This document shows, piece by piece, positions 18,485-28,432 of a stretch of 46,919 nucleotides of DNA (the stretch's first letter is position 1; every line of letters begins with the position of its first letter). The stretch is from contig JBKPRH010000183.1 of NCBI GenBank assembly GCA_046765795.1, positions 1 to 46,919 on the forward strand, written 5' to 3'. The position numbers were made by a program, and so were the translations under genes. The notes below the pieces were generated by a model that saw only the letters and a list, made by a program, of their open reading frames with translations, was not told where the DNA came from and did not search any database. This DNA is from Acidobacteriota bacterium. Lineage in GTDB: Bacteria; Acidobacteriota; Vicinamibacteria; Vicinamibacterales; UBA2999.

Positions 18485-21400
18485 ATGTCAAACGCACAAG
18501 CTGAAATCGCCCGTGTGCTCGCCATCGAGCCGGAGGGGTCGCAGGCAGAAGCGATCCGTCAGTTCGTCCGCGACGAGCTCGGTGCGGAGCTGGTGCTGGT
18601 GTCTTCGGCGTATGCGGCCGTTGTCGCCATCAACCGGCAGACACCGGACGTGGTCCTGTTCAGCGAATCGATCACCGAGAAGCACCGCGATCGCGTCCTC
18701 GATCACCTGCGATCGACCATTGCGCCAGCGGTTCCGCAGCGGATGACGCTGCCCTCGCTGAAAAGTTGCGATCGCGCGATACTGGCCCAACAGATCAACG
18801 CGATGGTCGCGCGCGCCCAGGAAGCGCGCCCCCGCAGTGCGTCGGCACCAGCACCCGGCGCCGCAGCGCCGACGCCCTCGGCACCAGCAGCCAAGGTCGC
18901 CGCGCCTGCACCGCCGGCCAAAGCCGCCGCTCCTGCACCGGCAGCCAAAGTACCGCCTTCACCACCGCCACCCGTCGAGACGATCACCCCGCTGCCGGAC
19001 GAGAAGTTTCCGGTTCCCGCCCTCGAGCTGTCCTCCACGTCAGCGCCCGAGCCAATCACGGGGATCGAATTCGTCGCGGACGAGGTGAACGTTGTCGACC
19101 TGCAGGTCAGCATCGAGAGCGACACTGACGAATCAATCGATGCCACGGTCGCATCGCTCAATGCCGAGGAAGAGGGCGACGAGCTCCTCATCCCGATCGA
19201 TCACATCGCGCAAGCGCCATCAAGCCGGCGCCGCGCGCCGGCAGACGATGCCGTGGATGCGGAGGTTCACGCGGCGGAGATCGCCCTCGTGCAGGCGATG
19301 GCCGAGGCCAAACTCGCCGCCGAACTCGAACGCGTGCGCGCGGAGGCCGCCGAGCAGCGTGCCGCGGAATTGGCGCGCATCGAGCACGAAACCAACACCG
19401 CACGTGAGGCCGCGGTCGCGCAGGCGCGTATGGCCGCGGAGGCCGAGGCGCGAGATGCGCTGAACGCCGAACTCGCGCGCGTACGCGCAGAAGCGGAAGC
19501 GAAGCTGACCGACGAGCTCACGCGCGTCAAGAGCGACGCGGAACTCGCCCTCGCCGAAGAGCTGAATCGCTCGAAAGCCGAAGCGGAGTCGGCACAACTC
19601 GCCCAGATCGCGCGTCTGCAGGCGGAAGCCGAATCGGCGCGCCAGGAACAACTGGCTCGATTGCAGGCCGAGGCCGAATCGCGTCAGGAACAACTCGCCC
19701 AGTTGCAGGCCGAAGCCGAATCCGCGCACAAGGAACAGATCGCGCGTCTGCAGGCCGAGGCGGAATCAGCGCGTGCGCAAGAAATGGCCCGCATCCAGGC
19801 CGAAGCCGAAGCGATGAAGGCCGCGGCTGCGGAACAGGCCGCGAAAGCCCTCGCCGACGAAGTGGCGCGCGTCAAAGCGGAGACCGATGCGCGTGTCGCC
19901 GCGGAGCTCGCCCGCGTCCGTCAGGAAGTTGACGCGCAGATGCAGGCGGAAATGGAACGCATGCGTGTCGAGGGCGAACAGGCTCGGCGCGCACACGAGG
20001 AATCCACCACACGCGAAGCCAAACGACAGGCCGAGGAAGCCGCCGCTCGCGCGCTCGCCGCTGAAGTCGCGCGCGCGCGTGCCGAAGCCGAAGCCAAGGT
20101 GCAGGCCGAAGTCGAGCGTCTCCGGCAGGAGACCGAGGCGGCACGCATCGCACAGGAGCAGGCGCATCTCGAAGCCGAGAAGGCGCGAGATGCTGAACTG
20201 CGTCAGGCGCGCGAGGCCGCGGAGAAGGCGGCCGCCGCCATCGCCGAGGCCGAAGTCGCTCGCGTACGCGGCGACGCAGATGCCCGTCTGAAAGCCGAAC
20301 TCGAGCGGATTCGCAAGGACGCCGACGACACGCGTCGCGCGCAGGAGCAGGCGCAGCAGGCAGCAGAGCAGGCCCGCGAGAAAGCGGCGCAGGACGCGAA
20401 GCGCGCGGCCGAACAAGCCGCTGCACAAGCGGTCGAAGCCGAGGTCGCGCGCATCCGTGGCGAGGCCGACGCGCGTTTAAAAGGCGAGCTCGATCGTCTC
20501 CGTCAAGAGGCGGAGCACGAAAAGGCCAGGAGCGCGATCGAAACACAGACACTGCGCGAGGCTGCGGCTCAAGAAGCGCAGCGCGCCGCGCAGGAAGCCG
20601 CCGCTCGCGCGCTCGAAGCGGAAGTGGCCCGCGTCAAAGCCGAGGCCGATTCAAGTCTCGGCGCAGAACTCGAACGTATCCGGCTCGAAGCCGAGCAGGC
20701 TCGCCGCGCACAGGAGCAAGCCCAGCGCGATGCCGATCGTCAGCGCGACGTCGCCGCGCAGGAAGCCCGCAAGGCTGCGCACGAAGCTGCTGCCCGCGCG
20801 CTCGAGAGCGAGGTCTCACGCGTCCGCGAAGAGGCAGAGGCAAGCCTGCGTGGCGAGCTCGATCGACTCCGCAAAGAAGCCAGCGAAGCGCGTCTCGCTC
20901 AGGCACAGACGCAACTCGAAACCGAAACCCTTCGCGAACTCGCTGCGCAGGAAGCGCGCATGGCGGCTCAGGAAGCCGCCGCCCGCGAGCTCGGGGAGGA
21001 AGTGCAGCGCGTCCGCGCGGAAGCCGATGCGCACCTGAATGCGGAGATCGCGCGGGTGCGTGAGGAATCCGAACGCGCACGACTCCAGCAGCAGGACTCG
21101 GCGCGCGACCAGGAAGCGCGGCGAGAGGCCGACCAGGAAGCGGCTCGCGCGCTCGAAAGCGAAGTCGCGCGCGTCCGCGCCGAATCCGAAGCCGGCCTGC
21201 TCGCGGAGCTCGAACGGCTGCGCAAGGAAGCCGCCGAAGCGCGGCGCGCCCACGAAGACACGCAGCGAGAAATCGAGCTGCTTCGCGAAGGGGCCGAGAT
21301 CGAAGCCCGTCAGCAGGCCGAAGAGGCTGCGGCTCTTGCCCTCGAAACAGAGGTGGCGCGCGTCAAGGCCGAGGCCGATGCGCGGTTGAACGAAGAGCTC

Positions 21401-22930
21401 GCGCGCGTGCGCGCCGAGGCCGAGCAGATCAAGCGCGACCAGCAGCAGACGCAGCGCAACAACGACTCGGTCGCCGAAGAAGTCCGCCGGCAGGCCGAGG
21501 AGGCTGCTGCGCGCGCACTGGAAGCCGAAGTCGCGCGTGTGCGCGCCGAAGCCAACGCGAGGCTCGAAGAAGAACTCAGCGTGGTGCGGCAGGAAGCGGA
21601 CTCCGTACGCGAGGCCCTCGAAAAAGAGAAACGCGAGGCCGAGCAGCAGCGTCAGCGTCAAGCGCAGGAACTGCGCGCCGAAAAGGACGCGGCACGCTTG
21701 TTCGAGGCCGAGGCCGAACGTTTGCGCCGGGAGGCCGAAGCCAAGCTGCGCCAGGAAACCGAACGCGCCCGTCGAGAAGCCAACACGCGCCTCGAAGCCG
21801 AAGTCGCTGCCGCGAAAGCCGAAGCCGAGCAGCGCCGCGCTGCGGAGCTCGAAGAAGTGCGATCGCAGGTATTGCGTCTTCGCACTGCCGCGGCCGAACA
21901 GGCGCGTGCCGCTGCCGAACAGGCCGTGGCCGCCGAAGTCGCGCGCGCCAAAGCGCTCACACCGGTCACGTCACCACCGCCGCGCCAGGAACTGGCAACG
22001 CAGTGGCAATCAGATGCCTTTGTCGCCGACGACGATGCGCGCCGGCATCGCTCATCGCGTCGCGTGCCATCGAACACGAAGGTCTGGATGATCGGCGCCG
22101 CCGCAGCGGTCGTGTTGATCAGCTCGGTGTTCGCGTTCGGTGTGCTCGGCAAGTCGTCCGACGACTCCAAAGACGCCGCGACGTCGAAGACAGGCGAAGT
22201 CGCTCCGGACATGACGGTCGTGACGAACGGGCCCGCCGGCGAGCTGCGCGTCGAATCAACGCCGGACGGCGCGCGCGTGATGCTCGATGGCAAGGACTCC
22301 GGCTTGACGCCGGTGACGCTCAACAACGTTCCTGCCGGGCGGCACTCGCTCGTGCTCGAAGGTGAGAACGGCACGGTGCGGCGGACCGTCCGCGTGCAGG
22401 CCGGCGAGCGGACGATTGCCCGCTACGAGATCACGGGCGGCTACATCGCGATCACGTCCAAGTTCCCGGTCGAAGTCTACGAGAACAAGAAGCGCGTCGG
22501 CATCAGCAGTGACGGTCACATCGCGATGGCGCCGGGCCGCCATCAGATCATGCTCGTCAACAATCGTTTCAATTACCGCGCCGATGCGGAGCTGACCGTG
22601 AAGGCCGGCGACATCACGAGTTACACCGTCGAGGTCCCGATGGGTGTCCTCGTCGTCAACACCGCGGCGGGCGCGGAAGTGTTTGTTGACGGTGAGCGTA
22701 TCGGAGCCGCGCCGCTCGGGCCGATTCCCGCAGCGATCGGCACACACCAGGTCCTCGTCCGCCATGCCGACCACGGCGAGCGTATCCAGCCGGTTGACGT
22801 CACTCCCGGCAAACCAGTCGAATTGAGCGTCATCTTCGACGGCACGAACATCATTGCGCGTCCGCAGCCGAAACTCGCGCCGCTCAGCATGCCGCCTCCG
22901 CCGCGACAGAAGCTGAATCAACGCCAATAG
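18485..22930 (+). CDS. Giant membrane-anchored coiled-coil protein: receiver-like N-terminus, long Ala/Glu/Arg repeat stalk, one TM helix, C-terminal PEGA domains
   Basis: RVLAIEP...PDVVLF (receiver-like); repeated AAARALEAEVARVRAEA; TM VWMIGAAAAVVLISSVFAFGVL; PEGA-like LRVESTPDGARVMLDG..GLTP. Confidence 0.85.
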   Translation: MSNAQAEIARVLAIEPEGSQAEAIRQFVRDELGAELVLVSSAYAAVVAINRQTPDVVLFSESITEKHRDRVLDHLRSTIAPAVPQRMTLPSLKSCDRAILAQQINAMVARAQEARPRSASAPAPGAAAPTPSAPAAKVAAPAPPAKAAAPAPAAKVPPSPPPPVETITPLPDEKFPVPALELSSTSAPEPITGIEFVADEVNVVDLQVSIESDTDESIDATVASLNAEEEGDELLIPIDHIAQAPSSRRRAPADDAVDAEVHAAEIALVQAMAEAKLAAELERVRAEAAEQRAAELARIEHETNTAREAAVAQARMAAEAEARDALNAELARVRAEAEAKLTDELTRVKSDAELALAEELNRSKAEAESAQLAQIARLQAEAESARQEQLARLQAEAESRQEQLAQLQAEAESAHKEQIARLQAEAESARAQEMARIQAEAEAMKAAAAEQAAKALADEVARVKAETDARVAAELARVRQEVDAQMQAEMERMRVEGEQARRAHEESTTREAKRQAEEAAARALAAEVARARAEAEAKVQAEVERLRQETEAARIAQEQAHLEAEKARDAELRQAREAAEKAAAAIAEAEVARVRGDADARLKAELERIRKDADDTRRAQEQAQQAAEQAREKAAQDAKRAAEQAAAQAVEAEVARIRGEADARLKGELDRLRQEAEHEKARSAIETQTLREAAAQEAQRAAQEAAARALEAEVARVKAEADSSLGAELERIRLEAEQARRAQEQAQRDADRQRDVAAQEARKAAHEAAARALESEVSRVREEAEASLRGELDRLRKEASEARLAQAQTQLETETLRELAAQEARMAAQEAAARELGEEVQRVRAEADAHLNAEIARVREESERARLQQQDSARDQEARREADQEAARALESEVARVRAESEAGLLAELERLRKEAAEARRAHEDTQREIELLREGAEIEARQQAEEAAALALETEVARVKAEADARLNEELARVRAEAEQIKRDQQQTQRNNDSVAEEVRRQAEEAAARALEAEVARVRAEANARLEEELSVVRQEADSVREALEKEKREAEQQRQRQAQELRAEKDAARLFEAEAERLRREAEAKLRQETERARREANTRLEAEVAAAKAEAEQRRAAELEEVRSQVLRLRTAAAEQARAAAEQAVAAEVARAKALTPVTSPPPRQELATQWQSDAFVADDDARRHRSSRRVPSNTKVWMIGAAAAVVLISSVFAFGVLGKSSDDSKDAATSKTGEVAPDMTVVTNGPAGELRVESTPDGARVMLDGKDSGLTPVTLNNVPAGRHSLVLEGENGTVRRTVRVQAGERTIARYEITGGYIAITSKFPVEVYENKKRVGISSDGHIAMAPGRHQIMLVNNRFNYRADAELTVKAGDITSYTVEVPMGVLVVNTAAGAEVFVDGERIGAAPLGPIPAAIGTHQVLVRHADHGERIQPVDVTPGKPVELSVIFDGTNIIARPQPKLAPLSMPPPPRQKLNQRQ

Positions 22931-22964
22931 CCGGTCTCAATTAGATGCCGCATAATGACCGCGC

Positions 22965-22991
22965 CCGCCTTCGCCTGAGGGCTTCGGCGGG
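22965..22991 (+). repeat. CCGCCTTCG..GCTTCGGCG palindromic element (family D), intergenic copy
   Basis: ccgccttcgcctgagggcttcggcggg; related copies at 8195, 34037 and 46180. Confidence 0.7.
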
Positions 22992-23005
22992 GCTGGCGGC
23001 ATTCT

Positions 23006-24061
23006 ATGAAGAAGCTTCTCATCATCGCAGCGTGTTTCGCGACGGCAATCGCCGTCGCGGCGCAGAAACCCTATAGCGCTCCTCGCACACCGTGGGGCCA
23101 TCCCGACTTGCAGGGTGTCTGGACGACCGACGATGCCCGCAGCGTGCCGCTGCAGCGCGCGCCGGAATTCGGCGAGCGCCGACTGCTCACCGATCAGGAG
23201 TATGCGGATCGCAAACGGCGCGACGATGAGACACGAGGGGACGTGCGCGTCGCGGCAGGCACGTTCGTCGGCGAGGTTGGGTCGCGCACGCATCGTCAAA
23301 CGTCACTGGTGATCGAACCAGCCAATGGGCGGGTGCCAGCCCGAACGCCGGCTGCGGATCAGCGCATGGCGGCGATCAACAAGGCGGTCAATCCACTGCT
23401 CCCGCTGACGTGGGAGGACCGCAGTCTGTTCGAGCGCTGCATCAGCCGCGGTCCCCTTGCCTCACTGCCCACTCTGTACGGCAACGGACTCCGCATCGTG
23501 CAGGCGCCAGGCATCGTCGCGATCAGTCACGAGATGATTCACGAGGCGCGCATCATTCCGATCGACCCATTCGACAAGCTCAGGGTCGACGGTGAGCGAA
23601 GTCGAACCGTCGACGGCCGTCTGCCCAGTGAGCGCTTGCACAGCTACATGGGCTACTCCACCGGCAAGTGGGACGGCGACAGCCTGGTGATCGAGACCAG
23701 TGGCTTCACCAACAAGACGGCACTCGCCGGCACCCGGCACACCGAGAAGCTGCGCATCGTCGAGCGACTAACGCGCACGGCGGACGACACGATCACGTAT
23801 GAAGCGACCGTCACCGATCCCGAGACGTGGATCGCGCCGTGGAAAGTGTCGGTTCCTTTGACCACGCAGCCCGGATACGAGGTGTATCCGTACGAATGCC
23901 ATGAAGGGAACAATGCCCTCCGCAACATGCTGAGCGCGGCACGTGCCGAAGAGAAAGTGATCGAGGAGTATGTGAAAAAGGGGCTTCCGCCTCCCCCGCT
24001 GGCGCGTCCCAACGATGGCGAGATTCTCCCCGCCGATCCCTCGTTCGGCCGCCGCCGGTGA
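23006..24061 (+). CDS. Secreted protein of unknown function (PRTxxGxPDLxGxW family; paralogue of 43028-43828)
   Basis: Signal peptide; PRTPWGHPDLQGVW, GYSTGKWDGDSLVIET and YECHEGN. Confidence 0.8.
   Translation: MKKLLIIAACFATAIAVAAQKPYSAPRTPWGHPDLQGVWTTDDARSVPLQRAPEFGERRLLTDQEYADRKRRDDETRGDVRVAAGTFVGEVGSRTHRQTSLVIEPANGRVPARTPAADQRMAAINKAVNPLLPLTWEDRSLFERCISRGPLASLPTLYGNGLRIVQAPGIVAISHEMIHEARIIPIDPFDKLRVDGERSRTVDGRLPSERLHSYMGYSTGKWDGDSLVIETSGFTNKTALAGTRHTEKLRIVERLTRTADDTITYEATVTDPETWIAPWKVSVPLTTQPGYEVYPYECHEGNNALRNMLSAARAEEKVIEEYVKKGLPPPPLARPNDGEILPADPSFGRRR
23567..23614. repeat. TTCGAC..GCTCA / TGAGC..GTCGAA palindromic element inserted in frame (PFDKLRVDGERSRTVD)
   Basis: ttcgacaagctca-gggtcgacgg-tgagcgaagtcgaa; the paralogue at 43028 reads TDGRKLP with no such insert. 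Confidence 0.7.
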
Positions 24062-24753
24062 AGCAGACTCTGTTCGTCGTCTCGTTCGTCACGCTAGGCG
24101 TGATGACGTTCGCGCAGCAACCATCCATGCTGGGTCGCATCGACCATCTTGTGTACGCAACGCCTGATTTACAGCTGGGCATCGATGCCATCGAGAAGCA
24201 ACTCGGCGTAAAGGCGACCGCAGGCGGACAGCATCCAGGACTCGGCACGCGCAACGCGCTCGTCGCGTTGCGACCGGCCAGCTATCTCGAGATCATCGGA
24301 CCTGATCCCGAGCAGCCAAAGCCATCCGGGCCTCGGCGCTTCGGCATCGACGATCTCAAAGCACCGCGAATCGTGAGGTGGGTGGTCAAGAGCAATGAGC
24401 TTCCCGCCGTCGAGGAGAAGGCGGCCAAGGCGGGTGTCACACTGGGCCCGATTGCGTCCGGCAGCCGCAAACGGCCCGATGGTGTGGTCCTCTCCTGGAG
24501 CTACACCGATCCGGCGGTCGTCGTCGCGGATGGCCTCGTGCCGTTCTTCATCGATTGGGGTTCGTCGCCGCATCCGGCGCTCACGGCTGCGAAAGGCGCC
24601 ACGCTGATTCAGTTGCGTGCCCAACATCCTGACGCGCCGCGCGTGCAGAAGATGCTTGATGCGCTCGGACTTGATTTGAAGGTGACCCAGGCATCAACGC
24701 CCGCGATCATCGCGACCATCGACAGCCCGCGCGGGCGCGTGGAGTTGCGCTAA
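24058..24753 (+). CDS. VOC / glyoxalase-like (Glyoxalase_3) protein with signal peptide
   Basis: IDHLVYA, GGQHPGLGTRNAL, YLEII, RPDG..LSW and PFFIDWG. Confidence 0.85.
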   Translation: MKQTLFVVSFVTLGVMTFAQQPSMLGRIDHLVYATPDLQLGIDAIEKQLGVKATAGGQHPGLGTRNALVALRPASYLEIIGPDPEQPKPSGPRRFGIDDLKAPRIVRWVVKSNELPAVEEKAAKAGVTLGPIASGSRKRPDGVVLSWSYTDPAVVVADGLVPFFIDWGSSPHPALTAAKGATLIQLRAQHPDAPRVQKMLDALGLDLKVTQASTPAIIATIDSPRGRVELR

Positions 24754-24971
24754 GACCAATGATCGGATGATGAACGCTGCCTGATGCCGTAGACAAAGCC
24801 GCCGATCGCACCGAGCACTGCGCCGAGCGGACCTGTGATGAAGATGCCAAGCAACGGACCCTGATTGGCATCCGGCGCAAAAACAATCGGGCCGAAGAAC
24901 CCGGCACAGAAGCCGATCCCTCCAACAATCAACGCACCCTTGAATACGGACCCAACAATCCGCGCAAACAT
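24750..24971 (-). CDS. Small Gly-rich membrane protein
   Basis: Two hydrophobic helices joined by GFFGP..APDANQGPLLGIFITGP. Confidence 0.7.
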   Translation of the reverse strand: MFARIVGSVFKGALIVGGIGFCAGFFGPIVFAPDANQGPLLGIFITGPLGAVLGAIGGFVYGIRQRSSSDHWS

Positions 24972-24994
24972 CGATAGCGGCGCTCCTGCGTCTC

Positions 24995-26014
24995 TTATCG
25001 GCCGGCGGTGACCGCGCGATACGTGCCGGCGACGTTGGCCGGGCGCTGCTGTTCGTAGAATTCCCAGTCCTTGTAAGCGTCCATCGTCACGCTGGCCTGT
25101 GCCTGCTCGAGTGTCTGGCCGGCGGCAATTGCCGTGGCCACTGCGGCGCGCAGCTCTTCACGATAGCGGATGTTGGCGAGCACGTCGGCTTTCTTCCCCA
25201 ACATGCCGTGGCTGCAGACGAAGTGCTCGAACTCGAGTCCTTCGACCGTCTTGACCAGCGCCAGTTCGTCCTTCGTGGCGACGTCGCCGCCGAACGGCAC
25301 GCGACGCACGGTGATCCAGTCCGAGGCGAATAGCACATTGGAGCCGTCGACGAACCGCACGATGGTGTTGTCGTCGGCGTGCGCGATGGGTCGCGGCAGC
25401 ACTTCGACGCGCTTGCCGCCGAGCGTGATGGTGACGCGATCGGTGTAGGTGAGATCCGGAGGCACGACGAACGCGAGCGGTCCGCGTGTGACTTCAGCTC
25501 CGCTCAGCGCGCCGTCACGATTGGCATCGTACAGCGCGAACTGGGTCTTGATGTTGCCCTGTGCCTCGCTCGGCTCGATCCGTCCGTTGCCATTCGTGTC
25601 CTGCATGCGGACGTTCTGCGGCAGCGGCGTCTCGGGCGACGGCATCGCCAGACGCTTCATCATCGCTTCGTGACCGATGATGCGCGCTGTGTCGGCATAG
25701 ACCGATGCACCGGATCCGTGGTCCCAGTGATGGTGGCTGTAGATCACATACTTCACCGGCACCTTGAATCGCGACGCGAGCTCCCCTTTGAGCCATGTCG
25801 CGAACTCGGTGCCGATCGGCTCTACCAGGACGATGCCTTCGGGTGTGACCATGAACACCGACAGGTAGTCGTCCATGCGCGCGTAGTACACGTCGCCGGT
25901 GAGCTTGCCGATCTCCTGGCCCTTGTACTGTGTCTGCTGATATACGGCGCGTGGTTGTCCGTATGCGGCAGTCGCACAACACATCAGCACCAGGACCACG
26001 ATGATGCGATTCAT
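24995..26014 (-). CDS. Secreted metallo-beta-lactamase-fold hydrolase with an EF-hand-like insertion
   Basis: SHHHWDH metal motif, later AH, SD and SHG residues; DTNGNGRIEPSE and DANRDGALSGAE loops. Confidence 0.82.
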   Translation of the reverse strand: MNRIIVVLVLMCCATAAYGQPRAVYQQTQYKGQEIGKLTGDVYYARMDDYLSVFMVTPEGIVLVEPIGTEFATWLKGELASRFKVPVKYVIYSHHHWDHGSGASVYADTARIIGHEAMMKRLAMPSPETPLPQNVRMQDTNGNGRIEPSEAQGNIKTQFALYDANRDGALSGAEVTRGPLAFVVPPDLTYTDRVTITLGGKRVEVLPRPIAHADDNTIVRFVDGSNVLFASDWITVRRVPFGGDVATKDELALVKTVEGLEFEHFVCSHGMLGKKADVLANIRYREELRAAVATAIAAGQTLEQAQASVTMDAYKDWEFYEQQRPANVAGTYRAVTAGR

Positions 26015-26016
26015 AC

Positions 26017-27021
26017 CTATCCTTTGGCCTTTGCCATTTGCCCTTTGACCTCGGCGACAGCCGAGCGCCAGACGTGCGCGCCGTCCGAACGAAACGGTCC
26101 CTCGAAGACCAATCCTGTCGAACCCATTGCCTCACGAACGCGATCGGCGAGTTGTCGTCCCGCCTCCTCGCCGTCAACGATGCCGTAGACCGCGGGGCCC
26201 CAGGAACTCTGACCGACACCGGATGCTCCCCACTCGCGCAGACGACGGACGAGATCAGCGCTCGCGCCAGGCGCGAACGTACCGCCCTGTACGGAGGCAA
26301 ACCATCGACCGGTGATCTCCTGGACTTCGGTGAGCGCGCGACCGAACCCGTCGAGGTCGGCTTCAGCGACTGATGGCAGCAGCGCCATCAGGACGACGTG
26401 TGCGACGCGTTCGACGTCTCGCTCGGGCGGCGCGGGTAGCCGTGCAAACGCTTCGGCTTCAGCTGCTCCGCTTATCCCTGGAGTCCCTTTTGGTATCGCG
26501 ATGACGCACCGCCATGACGAAGGGATCGGCACACGGGCGATGAGCGGACCACACTCGTCGCGATCGGCGCGGCGTCCGCCCTCGACGACGAGACCGCCGT
26601 CCTCGAATGTCCAGGTCCCGATGGCAGAACGCTTGCCGCGACCGACTGCCCTCGCAAGTGAGCGGGCATCGCTCGCGACTCCAAAGAGTTCGGCGAGCGC
26701 TCGCGCGACAGCGAGCGCAAGTTGTGTCCCGGAGCCAAGACCCGCATGGCGTGGCAGCGTTTTGTGAACCTGGATCTCGGCGCCGCCGTGGAGATGGTGG
26801 CGCTCGACAAACAGGCGCGCGAATTCCTGGGCTCGTTCGGCATCCTCTCCGCGCGCGGAAAGATGGTCGGCGCGCGCCGCGGAAACGAGCAGTGTGGGCG
26901 TCGATGCCGACGCGCCAATGCCGCCGAACCAGCGCCCCAGCGTGCCTCGCAGATCGAGCACACCGAAGTGCAATCGCGCGGATGCTTCGACGAAGACCGC
27001 CTCTTCGTCCCGTGTGGGCAT
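26017..27021 (-). CDS. mptG: Beta-ribofuranosylaminobenzene 5'-phosphate (RFAP) synthase, GHMP family
   Basis: ARLHFG, HAGLGSGTQLAL, GRGKRSAIG..F..GG.VVEGG and GQSSWGP. Confidence 0.88.
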   Translation of the reverse strand: MPTRDEEAVFVEASARLHFGVLDLRGTLGRWFGGIGASASTPTLLVSAARADHLSARGEDAERAQEFARLFVERHHLHGGAEIQVHKTLPRHAGLGSGTQLALAVARALAELFGVASDARSLARAVGRGKRSAIGTWTFEDGGLVVEGGRRADRDECGPLIARVPIPSSWRCVIAIPKGTPGISGAAEAEAFARLPAPPERDVERVAHVVLMALLPSVAEADLDGFGRALTEVQEITGRWFASVQGGTFAPGASADLVRRLREWGASGVGQSSWGPAVYGIVDGEEAGRQLADRVREAMGSTGLVFEGPFRSDGAHVWRSAVAEVKGQMAKAKG

Positions 27022-27028
27022 CCCGTGG

Positions 27029-28423
27029 TTACCTGGTCCCGGATTGCGTGGATCCGGCCATGTCGTTCCGAACGACCTTGCCGCCCTTCATCACGAACTT
27101 CACGCGCTGCAGCTCGGTGATATCCGCGAGCGGATCGCCCGACACGGCGACGAGATCTGCGAATTTGCCCTTCGTGACGGAGCCGACCGAATCCTTCCAG
27201 CCCATCACCTCGGCGTTGACGATCGTGCCCGACTGGATCGCTGCCGCTGTGGTCATGCCTCGCTTCACAAGTCCGGCGAACTCGAGCGCCTGCGTTCCAT
27301 GGACGAACGTCGAGCCATCGACGCCGCTGCCGACCATGATCTTCAACCCCGGCGTCTTGGCCGCCATCGACACCGCGTTCTCGAAAATCGGCGTCATGCG
27401 GAACTTGCCGCCAGTGCTCTTCGCGTCGTTGTCGTCCATGAACGGCGCGGTGTACCGCATCAACGTCGGGTCGTAATAAAGACCCTTCTTCGACATTTCG
27501 TTGAGCTGCGCCTGACTCAGTCCATAGCCATGTTCGATGGTGTCGCAGCCGGCGGTGATCGCAAACTGCAGTCCGTCGCCGCCAAACGCGTGGCAGGCTG
27601 TCTTCTTATTCAGGCGATGAGCTTCGTCGATGATCGCCTGCAGCACGGGCAGCGGATACATCAGCACGTACTGAGCCTCGCCTGTCGGAGTGAACGAATA
27701 GGCGCCGGTCGGGAACAGCTTGATCCAGTCCACGCCCTTCGCGACCTGCTCGCGCACTGCCGCGCGCCCTTCGTCGGCGGAGCGAATCATCTGGTAGTCG
27801 AGCGGATTATCAGGCCCCTTCGGTGGATTCGGGTCCCAGCGAATGCCACGGCCGGAGACCTGGAAGCGTGGACCCTCGAGGTCACCCATCGTGATCGCGT
27901 TGCGAATATCCACGTCGGCAAAGCCATTGCCGTGCGAGCTCATGTCGCGCGCCGTGGTGATGCCGGCATGCAGATCGGCCTGCAGATTCTGGATCGCGAC
28001 GAGCATCGACCGCTCGGTGCTCATGCCCGCCGGACGCGTGTTGTACATGTGCGTATGCGCGTCAATGAGTCCCGGCAGCACCGTCGCCTGACTGAGATCG
28101 ATCACCGTCACGCCCGCCGGAATTCGTACTTGCCCTTCGGGACCGACCTCGGTGATGCGCTCGCCGGTGATGAGCACGATCTGCTTCGTCAGCATGCGAC
28201 CGCTGACGCTGTCGAACAGACGGCCGGCGCGAACCGCAACAGAGCCACCGGCCGGCGGACACTGCACGAAGCTGCCCTCGAGATTGGTGCAGGGCGCCGG
28301 GCCAATGAAGCGCCACGAACCGGTCACGGGTTTGCGCGGAGTCGTGGAAGGCGCTTGCGCCGAGACCAGCGCCGCGCACATCAACGCGCCAAGAACGGTT
28401 GCGACTACGTTCGAGCGAGTCAT
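27029..28423 (-). CDS. Secreted amidohydrolase family protein (Xaa-Pro dipeptidase-like)
   Basis: PGLIDAHTH, GVDWIK, ACHA, IEHG and GKFADLVAVSGDPL. Confidence 0.85.
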   Translation of the reverse strand: MTRSNVVATVLGALMCAALVSAQAPSTTPRKPVTGSWRFIGPAPCTNLEGSFVQCPPAGGSVAVRAGRLFDSVSGRMLTKQIVLITGERITEVGPEGQVRIPAGVTVIDLSQATVLPGLIDAHTHMYNTRPAGMSTERSMLVAIQNLQADLHAGITTARDMSSHGNGFADVDIRNAITMGDLEGPRFQVSGRGIRWDPNPPKGPDNPLDYQMIRSADEGRAAVREQVAKGVDWIKLFPTGAYSFTPTGEAQYVLMYPLPVLQAIIDEAHRLNKKTACHAFGGDGLQFAITAGCDTIEHGYGLSQAQLNEMSKKGLYYDPTLMRYTAPFMDDNDAKSTGGKFRMTPIFENAVSMAAKTPGLKIMVGSGVDGSTFVHGTQALEFAGLVKRGMTTAAAIQSGTIVNAEVMGWKDSVGSVTKGKFADLVAVSGDPLADITELQRVKFVMKGGKVVRNDMAGSTQSGTR

Positions 28424-28432
28424 ACGTCTCCT

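Noticed and set aside
18485-22930. Phage tape-measure protein
   Set aside because: No phage genes nearby, and the receiver-like, TM and PEGA architecture is cellular.
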